The notes under the pieces: generated by a model
What the model saw: the letters and a program-made list of their open reading frames with translations, nothing else
Databases searched by the model: none
What the model was told of the DNA's origin: nothing
From: an uncultured cyanobacterium
GTDB lineage: Bacteria; Cyanobacteriota; Cyanobacteriia; Cyanobacteriales; Nostocaceae
Assembly (NCBI GenBank): GCA_963740315.1
Contig: CAVUDP010000002.1
Location: 1,664,001 to 1,728,000, forward strand
Reading direction: 5' to 3'
Length of the DNA stretch: 64,000 nucleotides
Position numbers and translations under genes: made by a program
In this document: positions 1 through 10,563 of the stretch, piece after piece
How the letters are laid out: each line of letters starts with the position of its first letter
Position numbering within the stretch: position 1 is the first letter of the stretch

Positions 1-61
1 GATGGAAGGGCATATAGTGACTGAAGCGGAATTAATTGGACGCTACAAACGACAAAAGTAG
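1..61 (+). CDS. 3' end of a CDS entering from the left edge (…MEGHIVTEAELIGRYKRQK*)
   Basis: Open frame ending TAG at 59-61; partial, product unknown. Confidence 0.4.
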   Translation, partial: MEGHIVTEAELIGRYKRQK

Positions 62-116
62 TTTTTAGTAGTTTTTTAAGTCTTTATTGAAGGAATAAAA
101 GGAAAAAGGAAATATT

Positions 117-509
117 ATGTCTACAGCAAAATCCTCGGATAATATACCAGACGAATACAAAAAAGATTTGAATCCCCATGAAGGTGCGGGTTTAAATCAC
201 GGACTTGACGGTGAAAATCCGGAGAAAGCAGGTTTAAATGCTTACGATATCAAAGAACTACACGAAAAGCTCAAAGATTTTACCAACGATGAATTAAGGC
301 AGATTGTAATCATTCCTCACGGTAGTCGCTTGGCACAGACTGCAACTTATATCGATCTTAACGATCCAAAAAGAAAAGAATTTACCGCGATGGGTGCGAT
401 AGAAGCAGAACCCGAAAATTATTACGTTCCTAAATCAGATGTCGGTTATCAACTGTGGAATCGATTAATCGGTGTAGAAAATAGCGATCGCACTGGGGAA
501 GGGAATTAG
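117..509 (+). CDS. Hypothetical protein (130 aa)
   Basis: ORF with upstream AAGGA RBS-like sequence; no motif recognised. Confidence 0.7.
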   Translation: MSTAKSSDNIPDEYKKDLNPHEGAGLNHGLDGENPEKAGLNAYDIKELHEKLKDFTNDELRQIVIIPHGSRLAQTATYIDLNDPKRKEFTAMGAIEAEPENYYVPKSDVGYQLWNRLIGVENSDRTGEGN

Positions 510-549
510 GATTTTGGATTTTAGATTTTGGATTTTAGATTAAAAAACA

Positions 550-685
550 GGCGTTGCTGATTTGATGTATGTTAGCGGAGCGTGACCTTTAGGTCATAAT
601 TGATTTGTTGCATATCTGAAACCCTTGTAGAGACGTGATATATCCCGTCTCTAGATTTTAATTCATACCTGGATTCAGCAACGCC
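550..685. mobile_element. MITE-like element (136 bp)
   Basis: Terminal inverted repeats GGCGTTGCTGA…TCAGCAACGCC; 8-bp direct repeat AAAAAACA at 542-549 and 686-693. Confidence 0.75.
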
Positions 686-844
686 AAAAAACAAGCCCCT
701 GAATTTCAAAAAGGGGATAATTAAAATCTAAAATCCAACACATTAGCAAGCCTATTAATAAAAAACCCTATTAATCCAAAATCTAAAATCTAAAATCTAA
801 AATCGAATGACTTTAATCTAAAATTGAAATTATAGTCATGCGAG

Positions 845-1639
845 GTGCGGTTTATGCCTTCTCCTTTTCCGGGAATGAATCCTTATTTAGAAAATCCTGA
901 ATTATGGTCGGAAGTGCATCATCGGTTGATTACAGCCATTGCTGATGCCATAGAACCACAACTTGGTATTGAATATCGAGTCGCGATCGAAAAGCGGACT
1001 TATTTAGGTGATATTGAAGATTCGGTTTTAGTGGGAATTCCAGATGTAGCTGTAACAACTAAAAAGACTTCTACTGAGAATAAAACAACAACGGCAACTT
1101 TACCAGTTCAAGCAGAATCGGTAACTGTAAAACTTCCAGTACCCGAAGAAAAGAAGGAAGCTTATTTAGAAATTCGAGAAGTAGCAACCGGGTATGTAGT
1201 CACAACGATTGAAGTTCTTTCCCCTACTAATAAACGTACCGGAAAAGGACGAGATGCTTACGAAGAAAAGCGTCGAGATGTATTGAGTAGTCCGACACAT
1301 TTGGTAGAAATTGATTTACTTCGCGCTGGGAAACCGATGCAAATTCTTAGCGAAATTCCTAAAACTGATTATCGCATCTTAGTTGCTCGTGGAAATCGTC
1401 GTCCTTTAGCAGAAGTCTTCGGGTTTAATCTTCAACAAGAAATTCCACAATTTTTACTTCCTCTCAAATCTAAAGATAACGAACCCTTGGTAGATTTACA
1501 AAATTTGTTAGCGCAAGTTTACGAACGAGCAAGATTTTATTTAGCAATCGATTATAATATTGAACCCGTACCGCAACTTCAAGATGATGATAAGGTTTGG
1601 GTTGATACTTTGTTGAAAGAAAAAGAATTGCGTAGTTAA
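845..1639 (+). CDS. DUF4058 family protein (PD-(D/E)XK-like)
   Basis: N-terminal MPSPFPGMNPYLE and IEVLSPTNK…HLVEIDLLRAG motifs typical of the family. Confidence 0.85.
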   Translation: MRFMPSPFPGMNPYLENPELWSEVHHRLITAIADAIEPQLGIEYRVAIEKRTYLGDIEDSVLVGIPDVAVTTKKTSTENKTTTATLPVQAESVTVKLPVPEEKKEAYLEIREVATGYVVTTIEVLSPTNKRTGKGRDAYEEKRRDVLSSPTHLVEIDLLRAGKPMQILSEIPKTDYRILVARGNRRPLAEVFGFNLQQEIPQFLLPLKSKDNEPLVDLQNLLAQVYERARFYLAIDYNIEPVPQLQDDDKVWVDTLLKEKELRS

Positions 1640-2493
1640 TACTTGAAATAACCAGTGTAGCAATATCCAACCTGCTCAAAATTTAAAGAACGGTAAAGTG
1701 CGATCGCTGCAATATTATCTTCATCTACCCACAGTTTCAATGCCGTATATTCTTGAAGTAATTCTTGAGTTAAAAACGCTAGCAGTTTCCGAGCAAATCC
1801 CTGTCTGCGAAACTTTGAAAAAGTAAATGGTGCTGCAATCAAAGCATAATTATTGACAGGATTGTATTTAACAACTGAAACAATTTGTCCGGAATATTCT
1901 AAAACCGCTACCTGACGCTTTTTAATTAAACTGTTCCAATCGCGATTTAGATTTCCACTACCACGCTCTGCAATGTATGCTTTTTCGTAAGCCATTAGCA
2001 TCGGTTTATCTTGCAATGTTGCCCAACGACCTTTACCATTAAGTAGCGATTGAGTACAAGTCATTACTAATTGATCGTATTCCCGTTCGAGTTGGAGATG
2101 CTCGAGGAAAAGCGGACGAATCCATTGTTTAACTTGTATTGAAGTGATTATTTTTTTGGGGAATCCGCATTTTTGAACGAGGGAAAATAGGGATTGGGTG
2201 GTAAGTTTATTGCAATCTAAAGACGTTTGAGTATTTCGAGAATTTATCATCATTGCTCCTTGAATATTCTCTGGAGTTACCCTTTGTGTTATAGATGGAT
2301 TGTAGGAAAGAGCAATTAATTCTCCAGTTTCGCAAGGGTTAATTTTACCTTGAACAACAAGATTGAGAGCGTATTCTAAATCTGGGTTTGAGTGACGATA
2401 TTGTAACCAGTAAGCAGCAGCTTGAATTTGGCGATGGGAAGGGAATGCGATAATTTTATTGCGATCGGTTTGAGAATGTATGTTATTAAGCAT
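1636..2493 (-). CDS. GNAT family N-acetyltransferase
   Basis: C-terminal FRRQGFARKLL acetyl-CoA motif and N..AIALY.SL.F motif. Confidence 0.8.
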   Translation of the reverse strand: MLNNIHSQTDRNKIIAFPSHRQIQAAAYWLQYRHSNPDLEYALNLVVQGKINPCETGELIALSYNPSITQRVTPENIQGAMMINSRNTQTSLDCNKLTTQSLFSLVQKCGFPKKIITSIQVKQWIRPLFLEHLQLEREYDQLVMTCTQSLLNGKGRWATLQDKPMLMAYEKAYIAERGSGNLNRDWNSLIKKRQVAVLEYSGQIVSVVKYNPVNNYALIAAPFTFSKFRRQGFARKLLAFLTQELLQEYTALKLWVDEDNIAAIALYRSLNFEQVGYCYTGYFKY

Positions 2494-2513
2494 AGTAAAT
2501 GAATAACTTTTTG

Positions 2514-2576
2514 CTATTCATAGTGATACTTACAGGCGGCAATGATTATTTCTTTATCATTAATAGTATAAATTAA
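2514..2576 (-). pseudogene. yoeB: C-terminal remnant of a Txe/YoeB-family toxin
   Basis: Minus frame LIYTINDKEIIIAACKYHYE* resembles the YoeB C-terminus (LVY…IAACRYHY); no start or N-terminal part; directly follows the antitoxin-like gene. Confidence 0.7.
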
Positions 2577-2791
2577 ACTTCAATATCAACTTCAACAAGA
2601 TTAGATTTATCTTTAACATTGTTGATGGCTGTTAACAAATGTTTTTTATTTGCTTCAGAAGCTAAAAGATAAGCAGTTTCATCAACTTCGTATACAACAA
2701 TCTCAATTTCTTTATCTGGGTAAGTTGCTTTCAATGCATCAATAAAATTACGGTCTAACTCATTGGTGTTTATGCGATAAATTGAATGCAT
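2573..2791 (-). CDS. YefM-like antitoxin
   Basis: ETAYLLASEANKKHLL resembles the YefM toxin-binding helix (ETAYLL.S..N…L); YoeB remnant downstream. Confidence 0.65.
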   Translation of the reverse strand: MHSIYRINTNELDRNFIDALKATYPDKEIEIVVYEVDETAYLLASEANKKHLLTAINNVKDKSNLVEVDIEV

Positions 2792-3061
2792 AACTTTACT
2801 TTTTTTTGCTATTGCGTGCTTGTAAACTGATTATAATTGGTGATTAACGGTTATAGTCTGTATTCTATTCTAAGAGTTGACAGTAGCTTAAGTAGTCTTA
2901 AGATACCTTGCCTGAAGACCACAACTCACCGTATCATTACTATTAATTCATGGTGCGTTACAGTTTAAAGGCAATAAGCCACCATCATCAACACCGAATT
3001 TTTTGATCGATACCCACCCAAAGCACAATTCTTTTATAAGAAATACTGCTTATTCATCTTA

Positions 3062-3844
3062 TTAATACTGCTCCACCTCTGCCAGAGACAAACTAAGTGC
3101 TTGTGCAATCTGTTCCACACTCAATCCCATTTCTCGCAATTGCGGTATAGCATTTAATCTTGCTTGTCGTTCGGAATCAGCGCGTTGTTGTTGTGCTTCT
3201 GATGGCAATAAAACTAAATTACCGTCTGAATCGTAAAACCTCAGCCAAAAAGCATCATCATCTTCTACCGTGCCATTCCAGATTCCTAGCCATAACTCTA
3301 AGCTTTGACACCATAGCCATCCTTGGGGGTTTGAGTCAATTGGTTGATAGCCATTATCGCTATCTAGGTGCCACCCTTGTAATGAATTAACTTTAAAAGG
3401 ATGAAAAACAAAATAATCTTTAGTTTTAAATACTTGTTCGTAAAGTTGTTTTTTCTCACCAAAATCCTGGCTTTCGGTTGAGTCGGAAAGTAACTCAACA
3501 ATCATATCCGGGTAACGTCCATTTTCTTCCCACACTACCCAACCCAATCGCGTTGGATCTGGTGGTACATCTAGTGCGACAAAAAAATCTGGTCCTTTAA
3601 AATCTCTGTTCTTTGCTTGTTTGCTACTGTAATAAACAAACATATTGCCGCCAATAAAAAAGTTATTACGTTCAGCCCAATGATGTTTGAGCGAACAAAT
3701 TAACAAATTCATCAGGATGCGGTGACGATTACTTTCCAAGGGTTCTCCGTCATCAAAAATTAAATCCGTGGGTGGCATGGGGGGTTGCCAATCCAGGGAG
3801 TCGTCTGTTGAATTAGAGTATACTTCGGTAGTTTCTACTGACAT
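3062..3844 (-). CDS. Uma2 (DUF820) family endonuclease-like protein
   Basis: GEPLES..H, GPDFFV, YPDMIVELLSDST motifs. Confidence 0.85.
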   Translation of the reverse strand: MSVETTEVYSNSTDDSLDWQPPMPPTDLIFDDGEPLESNRHRILMNLLICSLKHHWAERNNFFIGGNMFVYYSSKQAKNRDFKGPDFFVALDVPPDPTRLGWVVWEENGRYPDMIVELLSDSTESQDFGEKKQLYEQVFKTKDYFVFHPFKVNSLQGWHLDSDNGYQPIDSNPQGWLWCQSLELWLGIWNGTVEDDDAFWLRFYDSDGNLVLLPSEAQQQRADSERQARLNAIPQLREMGLSVEQIAQALSLSLAEVEQY

Positions 3845-4161
3845 CGAGCCACACTCTTGTTTATCCGACTTTATTGTTGATTTTATTATAAAAGATTACT
3901 GCTTTACTGTGTTATTCTTCTAATTACAATATTGCCAGAAATTTTGGGTGGTGCGTGACGCTAGAATTTTGATAAATACATACAAAATTTATTAAAGCGT
4001 CACACACCCTACAACTATTTATTCGATTTCAATAATTAGTCCTATTTATAAGACTTTTGCTATTAGCTGGGGGTTTGCAACATCCAGTGGATATGAGCGC
4101 AAACGAATAAGTCAAATAATTTTTAATTTTCCTGTGCAAAATATCAAAATATAATTAATTC

Positions 4162-5103
4162 TTAAACAGCCTTCAAACCTTCTGCTCTAAGAATAATTTT
4201 ACCGTTTTGACGAACTATTAAAGTTGAACCGCTCGAATCATTACCATCTTCAGTAATCGCACTTTCTATCGCGTAACCATATTCCCTATTTTTCCAACCA
4301 GTTACACATTTACCATTCCGACAAGAGACTTTACCACCTGTAAGTTCGATACATTTACCTTTAGAATCGCATCCATAATATTTGACGTTTCCGGTATTAT
4401 TTACTCCATTCCAAGAATCGTAATTGCTAAGTTTGATAGTCCATTCACCGTTGCTCAGAGTTTGAGTATCCCCAGAAGATTTTTCTGTTTTAGAATCACC
4501 AACTACTTCCATTTTCACAATTGCAGATTCTTTTTTAGTCTTTCCACAAGGTTCGTTACTTTGACAGTCGTTGAAATTTAATATGTCGTAGCTAAGTTTA
4601 ACTTTTTTATTTAAAAATTGTTTTTCTTGAGTACAGATTTCAAAAGAAGCACTAAGCCCTTGCTCTTTACCTTGTTCGTCTATTAAAGTTACGTAGCACT
4701 TTAGATCGCCTTGAACTATCTCTTTAATAGTCGCAACTTTTGGCTGTCCTTCTCCTGCTTTGATGGTGCTAATATTCTTAACTGGAGCTTTTTTTATCGG
4801 TTTAGAATCTTCTTTATCGTTATTTGAAGAGGAATTATTTGTTTTATCACCCGAAACTGAAACTACTTCGGAATTATTTGTTTCATTATCCGTTGAGGAA
4901 ACTACTTCAGAATTATCTATTTTATCTTCCGTTGAGGAAACTACTTCAGAATTATCTATTTTATCTTCCGTTGCTGAAACTACTTCAGAATTATCTGGTT
5001 GAACTTGATTACTGGTGTCAGAATTACCTGTTTCGACGTTATTACAACCAACCATCAATAAAGAAGTAATTAACAATGCAGTGGTGAAGATAGACTTTTT
5101 CAT
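4162..5103 (-). CDS. Putative lipoprotein with internal 13-aa repeats
   Basis: Lipobox LMVGC; DNSEVVSSTEDKI repeats (39-bp units near 4850-5000); Cys-rich C-terminus. Confidence 0.7.
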   Translation of the reverse strand: MKKSIFTTALLITSLLMVGCNNVETGNSDTSNQVQPDNSEVVSATEDKIDNSEVVSSTEDKIDNSEVVSSTDNETNNSEVVSVSGDKTNNSSSNNDKEDSKPIKKAPVKNISTIKAGEGQPKVATIKEIVQGDLKCYVTLIDEQGKEQGLSASFEICTQEKQFLNKKVKLSYDILNFNDCQSNEPCGKTKKESAIVKMEVVGDSKTEKSSGDTQTLSNGEWTIKLSNYDSWNGVNNTGNVKYYGCDSKGKCIELTGGKVSCRNGKCVTGWKNREYGYAIESAITEDGNDSSGSTLIVRQNGKIILRAEGLKAV

Positions 5104-5253
5104 AATATTTAAACCGCTATAAAATATGAGCTTTAACTGTAGACAATTTTGAATACAAGCTAAAGTCTGTATATTCCGAAAATTCGCTTTGTCTAATTTA
5201 TTTCACATTGTTTGAGACGTAGCACTGCGGATCTCTCTACAAGCTGTTAATTT

Positions 5254-5847
5254 TTACAATCCATAAACCCGATTCCCGTCTCCCGGTAAAATAGTCAAAG
5301 ACCTGGGGTTTATACGGTGTCCGACTGTAACTTCGGTTTCTCCATCCCAAACTTCAATCGAAAGCACTTTATTGCCGGAACCATCGTAATCAAAGTACTG
5401 ACAACGGGAAGCTGTACGTCTTTGTACGGTACCTTCACGAGTCATGCTTGCTACTCCGGAGTCAACGCATTTATAATTTTCATCCGCAAAATTTAATTGT
5501 CGCGGTGGTGGTGTTTGGCTGACATCTAATCGATCGCTAGCTTCGAGTAATGCAACTTCTACGGTGTCGTCTTCATCTACGCTCAACCATCGAATTTCAT
5601 CATCATCTTGCAGCATATATTCACACCAGAAATACTCATCAACTGTATAGGTAAGCTTTCCTTCCACTACCCAGTCAATACCCATATGTTGCACAATATC
5701 GCCGATTTGCAAATTAAATACATTGCGTTTGAGCGACGGTAATTCTTTTGGTTTGCTACCAGGTAATGTACCTCGCTGCTGAAGCACTAATAAATAAGCT
5801 CCACCAGCGACTATTACAATAACTCCCAGCCAGATTAGTAGTGTCAT
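5254..5847 (-). CDS. DUF4178 domain-containing membrane-anchored protein
   Basis: N-terminal TM helix; W.EY.L…RWLSV and LSIE.WDGE motifs; lies near a polyamine aminopropyltransferase gene. Confidence 0.7.
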   Translation of the reverse strand: MTLLIWLGVIVIVAGGAYLLVLQQRGTLPGSKPKELPSLKRNVFNLQIGDIVQHMGIDWVVEGKLTYTVDEYFWCEYMLQDDDEIRWLSVDEDDTVEVALLEASDRLDVSQTPPPRQLNFADENYKCVDSGVASMTREGTVQRRTASRCQYFDYDGSGNKVLSIEVWDGETEVTVGHRINPRSLTILPGDGNRVYGL

Positions 5848-5945
5848 AATGTTTTTCTTTTAATTTTTTATAGAAAGAGATAATGTCATGTTCGGTAAAA
5901 CACTTATCATATCTGTAAGGGCTGGGTAATGGGTAATAGGTAATG

Positions 5946-6533
5946 GGTAATGGGTAATAAAAATAAATAATTCTTAACTCTACTGTTTAATTTTGACTGG
6001 TTTGTTTTTCTGTTAAATTCTGGGAGACGGGTAATAGGCAATAAAAATAAATGATTCTTAACTCTACTGTTTAATTTTGACTGGTTTGTTTTTCTGTTAA
6101 ATTTTGGGAGACGGGTAATAGGCAATAAAAATAAATGATTCTTAACTCTACTGTTTAATTTTGACTGGTTTGTTTTTCTGTTAAATTTTGGGAGACGGGT
6201 AATAGGTAATAAAAATAAATAATTCTTAACTGTACTGTTTAATTTTGACTGGTTTGTTTTTCTGTTAAATTCTGGGAGACGGGTAATAGGCAATAAAAAT
6301 AAATGATTCTTAACTCTACTGTTTAATTTTGACTGGTTTGTTTTTCTGTTAAATTCTGGGAGACGGGTAATAGGCAATAAAAATAAATAATTCTTAACTG
6401 TACTGTTTAATTTTGACTGGTTTGTTTTTCTGTTAAATTCTGGGAGACGGGTAATAGGCAATAAAAATAAATGATTCTTAACTCTACTGTTTAATTTTGA
6501 CTGGTTTGTTTTTCTGTTAAATTCTGGGAGACG
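5946..6533. repeat. Tandem repeat, 84-bp unit x7
   Basis: CTGGTTTGTTTTTCTG recurs every 84 bp (5997, 6081 … 6501); near-identical units; ends at hairpin GAGACGTTATATATAACGTCTC. Confidence 0.95.
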
Positions 6534-6566
6534 TTATATATAACGTCTCTACAATCCGATCGCATC

Positions 6567-7787
6567 TTACTTCATGGCAAAGTTAGCAGGATCTTGATCG
6601 CGTCTATGCCTGGTGGGAAGTGGCTCTGGCTGTCTGTCACCGGCGAGGGCTGCGGTTTTTTCTAGGGATTCCCTCAATCGCTTGGCTGCGTATATGGACA
6701 TATCTCTGGGTACATTAATGCGATCGCGCAAATATCGTAGAGCGACATCGGAACCCGGTGGAGGTACGCATTCTTCCCCAGTCATCATGTTTGTTAAAGC
6801 ACTACGTAGCGCTTCGTCGAACAATCGATCGTTCGCGGGGTTGACTCGGATAATATTGGTACGGTGTTCGATCATATTTTGAAGGGCTTCTTTGCAAGAG
6901 TTTTCGGGTTCTGGATAAGTAACATCCGGTAGCCCAAACCAAGAGCCATTATTTACTCGCGCTTTATTAATCTGCATCTGAGGAGAGCCGTTTTCCCAAC
7001 AGCCCCCCATCTGAGGCGGTAGATCGTGTACGTGGGTGTGAAAGTCGCTCTGGGTACCGCGATAAGTCGGTCGGGTTTCCATTGCTGCAAACCATGCCTT
7101 GAAGCGAGAATTTTCCTCCCGTAGAGAATAACCTTTGTAGTAGTAAAGGCTGGCGTTCATCCGTTCGACATAGGGCGTAAAGATGACATCAACGATGCCG
7201 AAGCGATCTAAAAAGTAAGGTCCTGGAGTGCTACCCAAAGCCTGCTCTACTTTAGCCACCACTCGGATAAATTGTTCTCGATTGCCTTGTTCTTCTTGAG
7301 GAGAAGCCCTGTAGCACAACCAAGCACACCAGGCTCTAAATAAAAGTCGTTCTAATTGACGTAGAGGAAGCACCGCAGGATCTTCCATCCCTTGGTTTAA
7401 TACACCAAAAACTTTTTCCAAAGCAATCAAAATGTCATCGCTTTCCTTAATAATCCGCCCATCTAATTCGATCGCGGGAAGCATTCCCGATGGTACTTTA
7501 CGTTTGTACCAACTTTCTTTCTCCCCATAGCAGAACATTGTTACTTTTTCGATGCGGTAGGGGATCTGTTTTTCCTCTAACCATAGCCAGATTTTTTGAC
7601 AGTAAGGACACCAAGCGTGATTATCGCGGTAAAGCGTTACCCGCACATCAGATTCGGGATGCCCAAATAAGCGTAATCTAGCTTTAGCGTTGGTGGAACC
7701 ATTCACGGGATCTATTTGATAGTCCGTGAGAGATTCTAATTCTTGCCAGCTAAGGGGTGTGGTAGTCATATAATTTGCGTGGGGCAA
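6567..7787 (-). CDS. Glutathione S-transferase family protein
   Basis: WCPYCQK active-site motif, [11 protein letters not shown] motif. Confidence 0.85.
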   Translation of the reverse strand: MPHANYMTTTPLSWQELESLTDYQIDPVNGSTNAKARLRLFGHPESDVRVTLYRDNHAWCPYCQKIWLWLEEKQIPYRIEKVTMFCYGEKESWYKRKVPSGMLPAIELDGRIIKESDDILIALEKVFGVLNQGMEDPAVLPLRQLERLLFRAWCAWLCYRASPQEEQGNREQFIRVVAKVEQALGSTPGPYFLDRFGIVDVIFTPYVERMNASLYYYKGYSLREENSRFKAWFAAMETRPTYRGTQSDFHTHVHDLPPQMGGCWENGSPQMQINKARVNNGSWFGLPDVTYPEPENSCKEALQNMIEHRTNIIRVNPANDRLFDEALRSALTNMMTGEECVPPPGSDVALRYLRDRINVPRDMSIYAAKRLRESLEKTAALAGDRQPEPLPTRHRRDQDPANFAMK

Positions 7788-7865
7788 TGCTTAGGACTTT
7801 TCTTGACTCTACAATATTTTTAATTACAGTAAGTCGGTTGGTTTTGAAAATCGTAATTAGGATAA

Positions 7866-7917
7866 GGGAGTAGGGAGTAAGGAGTAGGGAGTAGGGAGTA
7901 GGGAGTAGGGAGTAGGG
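7866..7917. repeat. STRR heptamer repeat (AGGGAGT)n
   Basis: About 7 tandem heptamers; similar STRR tracts near 509-541, 8575-8625, 14265-14315, 35075-35150, 41200-41240. Confidence 0.85.
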
Positions 7918-7942
7918 AACTAATAAACGGTAAGAGGTAAAA

Positions 7943-8569
7943 ATGACTCAAACGCTACCTAAAGTACTAACAGAAGCACTAATAACATTTGAAGAATTCG
8001 CGAACTTAGACACGGGGGACAAAAGATATGAGTTACATTCGGGGGTACTTGTAGAAATGGCTCAACCAATTGGGGAACATGAAAACGTTACAGGGTTTTT
8101 TATCAGAAAATTATCAGCCAGATTTGAAAACTTTGATTTACCTTACTTTATTGCCCCAAAAGTTTTAGTAAAACCTGACGGTAAAGATTCTGGCTTTTTT
8201 CCCGATGTGTTAGTAATAGATAAACGTAATTTAGCCAACGAGCCATTATATAGAAATGTTTCTACCGTCTCTCAAAGTGCAACAATTCCTTTAGTAATAG
8301 AAGTGGTAAGCACGAACTGGTCAGACGATTACGCCTTGAAATTTGACGAATACAGCGATATTGGCATACCCGAATACTGGATTGTGGATTATTTGGGAAT
8401 AGGTGGTAAAGAATTTATTGGTAGCCCAAAAGAACCAACTTTTACAATTTGCGAACTAGTAAATGGTCAATATGTTAGAACACCATTAAAAAGTGGAACT
8501 ATTCAATCTAAAGCATTCCCTGAGTTAAATTTAACTGTGGAGCAAATTTTCAATGCAGCTGCATTTTAG
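7943..8569 (+). CDS. Uma2 (DUF820) family endonuclease-like protein
   Basis: RYEL..G, PLVIEVVSTNW.DDY..K…Y…GIPEYWIVDY motifs. Confidence 0.9.
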   Translation: MTQTLPKVLTEALITFEEFANLDTGDKRYELHSGVLVEMAQPIGEHENVTGFFIRKLSARFENFDLPYFIAPKVLVKPDGKDSGFFPDVLVIDKRNLANEPLYRNVSTVSQSATIPLVIEVVSTNWSDDYALKFDEYSDIGIPEYWIVDYLGIGGKEFIGSPKEPTFTICELVNGQYVRTPLKSGTIQSKAFPELNLTVEQIFNAAAF

Positions 8570-8712
8570 AGCGAACAGTAAACAGTGAACAGTGAACAGT
8601 GAACAGTGAACAGTGAACAGTGAACAAGATTTATAACTCCCAATTCTTAACTCCCAATTCTTAACTCCTAACTCCTAACTCCTCACTCGTAACTACTCCC
8701 TAGTCCCTTCAA

Positions 8713-10293
8713 TTAATAATTCAACCACCTTGCTTGTGATTGATAACGGACAATTACGGGATGAGAAAGTCGATTGATTTCGACGTTTCTTAACTGTATA
8801 TCTTTGGGTAGTTCAAATAAATGATGTAATATGTTTTCTGTTAAAAAGCGCGTTTCTACGGGAAGTTGCAGTTTTTCTGGGTTTAATTCATAACGAGATG
8901 CCAAAACAAAACCCCAAGGTCCGAAACTGGGAACGCTTACTGTGTAAGGATTCACTTTTAATCCTACTTCCGAAAGTGTCGCGGCGATACAGCTAATAAC
9001 TTTAGGGGCAAAAAATGAGCTTGATGCTTGCGTTACGAAAACACCTTTATCTGTAAGTCTTGCTAATAAACGTCTGTAAAAACCTTCCGAGTAAAGTTTT
9101 GCTAATGCGTCTTGGTCTGGGTCGGGGAAGTCTGCAATAATTACGTCAAAGCTTTCTTTGAGTTTGGGTACGCTCAAAAATGCATCGGCGTTGATTACTT
9201 CTACGCGAGAATCTTTTAAGGAATTACCGTTTACAGCTTTTAATTGCGGGTGACGGCTGGCTATTTTAACTACTTCTGGATCTAATTCAATTAGTACTAC
9301 CTTTTCAACTTCCTTCCATTTGAGTACTTCTCTAATTGCCATTCCATCCCCAGCACCCAATACTAAAACTCGTTTTTTATCGGGTGTTGCACTCATCGCC
9401 GGATGTACTAATCCCTCATGATAGCGGTATTCGTCTACCGTGGATAGTTGTAAATCGCCGTTGAGAAACAATCTGACATCCTTGCCTTTACGGGTTAATA
9501 CAATTCTTTGATATGGAGTTTGTATTCGTTTAACTATAGGTGCTGAATATAAGTTATTTTCTAATTTATTGCTGATAGGTATGGTTGCGGGTGCCAAAGC
9601 CAAAAGCAGTACGCCCAAAACCAAGCCGATATAACCCCAACGTCGTAAATGGGAAAAATTGCGCCCAATTAGGAATACCATCAAAGCCGGGAATGAACCT
9701 AAAATAAAAGCAGTGGGAAACATTCCGCACATCGGTAGCAAAATCACCGGAAAAGCTAAAGAACCGAGAAGCGCTCCCATATAATCCAGCGCCAACACAC
9801 CCGCTAAAGCTTCTCGAACGCCTTCCTCCATTTCCAAAATTCGCGTCAAAATTGGCACCTCCAAACCTGCGAGTATTCCCAGCAAAATAGTTACTAAAAA
9901 TAACCCCAGCCAAATCTCACCATCGATCGCGAATAAAGCGAACAAACCCAGAGGTAGTAAAGCTGTCAGAGGTGCGATCGCCAATTCCACACCAACAAAA
10001 GCGAACAATAATTTACGTTGCAGCAATCGACCTTCCATTTTAGGTGCAATAAACTGACTCAAGTAAGAACCAACACCCATCGCGGCGAGAAAACCACCTA
10101 TAGCAATACCGTAAGCAAGAGCTTGATTCCCCACCAAGTAACTAGCTAAAGTACCTAAAAGTAACTCTACAGCCAACCCGCAACCAGAAGAAACAGCCGC
10201 CGCAGCCAGTAATAATTTACGTTGAGTACCGTTCAAAGAAAAACTATCCTTTACAGTACTTTCCCCGATATCAGAAAAATTGTTTGCTTCCAT
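8713..10293 (-). CDS. Membrane-bound polyamine aminopropyltransferase (spermidine synthase family)
   Basis: Multi-TM N-terminus followed by DEYRYHE.LVHP, VLVLGAGDG and FDVIIADFPDP motifs. Confidence 0.9.
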   Translation of the reverse strand: MEANNFSDIGESTVKDSFSLNGTQRKLLLAAAAVSSGCGLAVELLLGTLASYLVGNQALAYGIAIGGFLAAMGVGSYLSQFIAPKMEGRLLQRKLLFAFVGVELAIAPLTALLPLGLFALFAIDGEIWLGLFLVTILLGILAGLEVPILTRILEMEEGVREALAGVLALDYMGALLGSLAFPVILLPMCGMFPTAFILGSFPALMVFLIGRNFSHLRRWGYIGLVLGVLLLALAPATIPISNKLENNLYSAPIVKRIQTPYQRIVLTRKGKDVRLFLNGDLQLSTVDEYRYHEGLVHPAMSATPDKKRVLVLGAGDGMAIREVLKWKEVEKVVLIELDPEVVKIASRHPQLKAVNGNSLKDSRVEVINADAFLSVPKLKESFDVIIADFPDPDQDALAKLYSEGFYRRLLARLTDKGVFVTQASSSFFAPKVISCIAATLSEVGLKVNPYTVSVPSFGPWGFVLASRYELNPEKLQLPVETRFLTENILHHLFELPKDIQLRNVEINRLSHPVIVRYQSQARWLNY

Positions 10294-10416
10294 TATTTCA
10301 GTAACCAGTAATTAAAGGTTAAAGGTCAAAGGTCAAAGGTTTGAAATTCATAACTCCTAACTCTTTCTCCCCATCTCCCCCTCTCCCCATCTCCCCATCT
10401 CCCCATCCCCCCATCT

Positions 10417-10557
10417 CCCCCGAACCCCAAAGGTTACTGAGCAGTTCGACGTAGCTCACTGTAAGACTTGTCGAAGTACTCCCCCGAACCCCAAAGGTTA
10501 CTGAGCAGTTCGACGTAGCTCACTGTAAGACTTGTCGAAGTACTCCCCCGAACCCCA
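10417..10557. repeat. Tandem duplication (~64-bp unit x2) containing a REP-like hairpin
   Basis: CCCCGAACCCCAAAGGTTACTGAGCAGTTCGACGTAGCTCACTGTAAGACTTGTCGAAGTACT repeated. Confidence 0.85.
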
Positions 10558-10563
10558 TCTCCC

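Noticed and set aside
1636..2791. GNAT gene as the cognate toxin of the small antitoxin
   Set aside because: A YoeB remnant lies between them, and the 285-aa GNAT does not resemble short AtaT/TacT toxins
5907..6461. 184-aa repetitive ORF
   Set aside because: By-product of the 84-bp tandem repeat (a multiple of 3) and STRR heptamers
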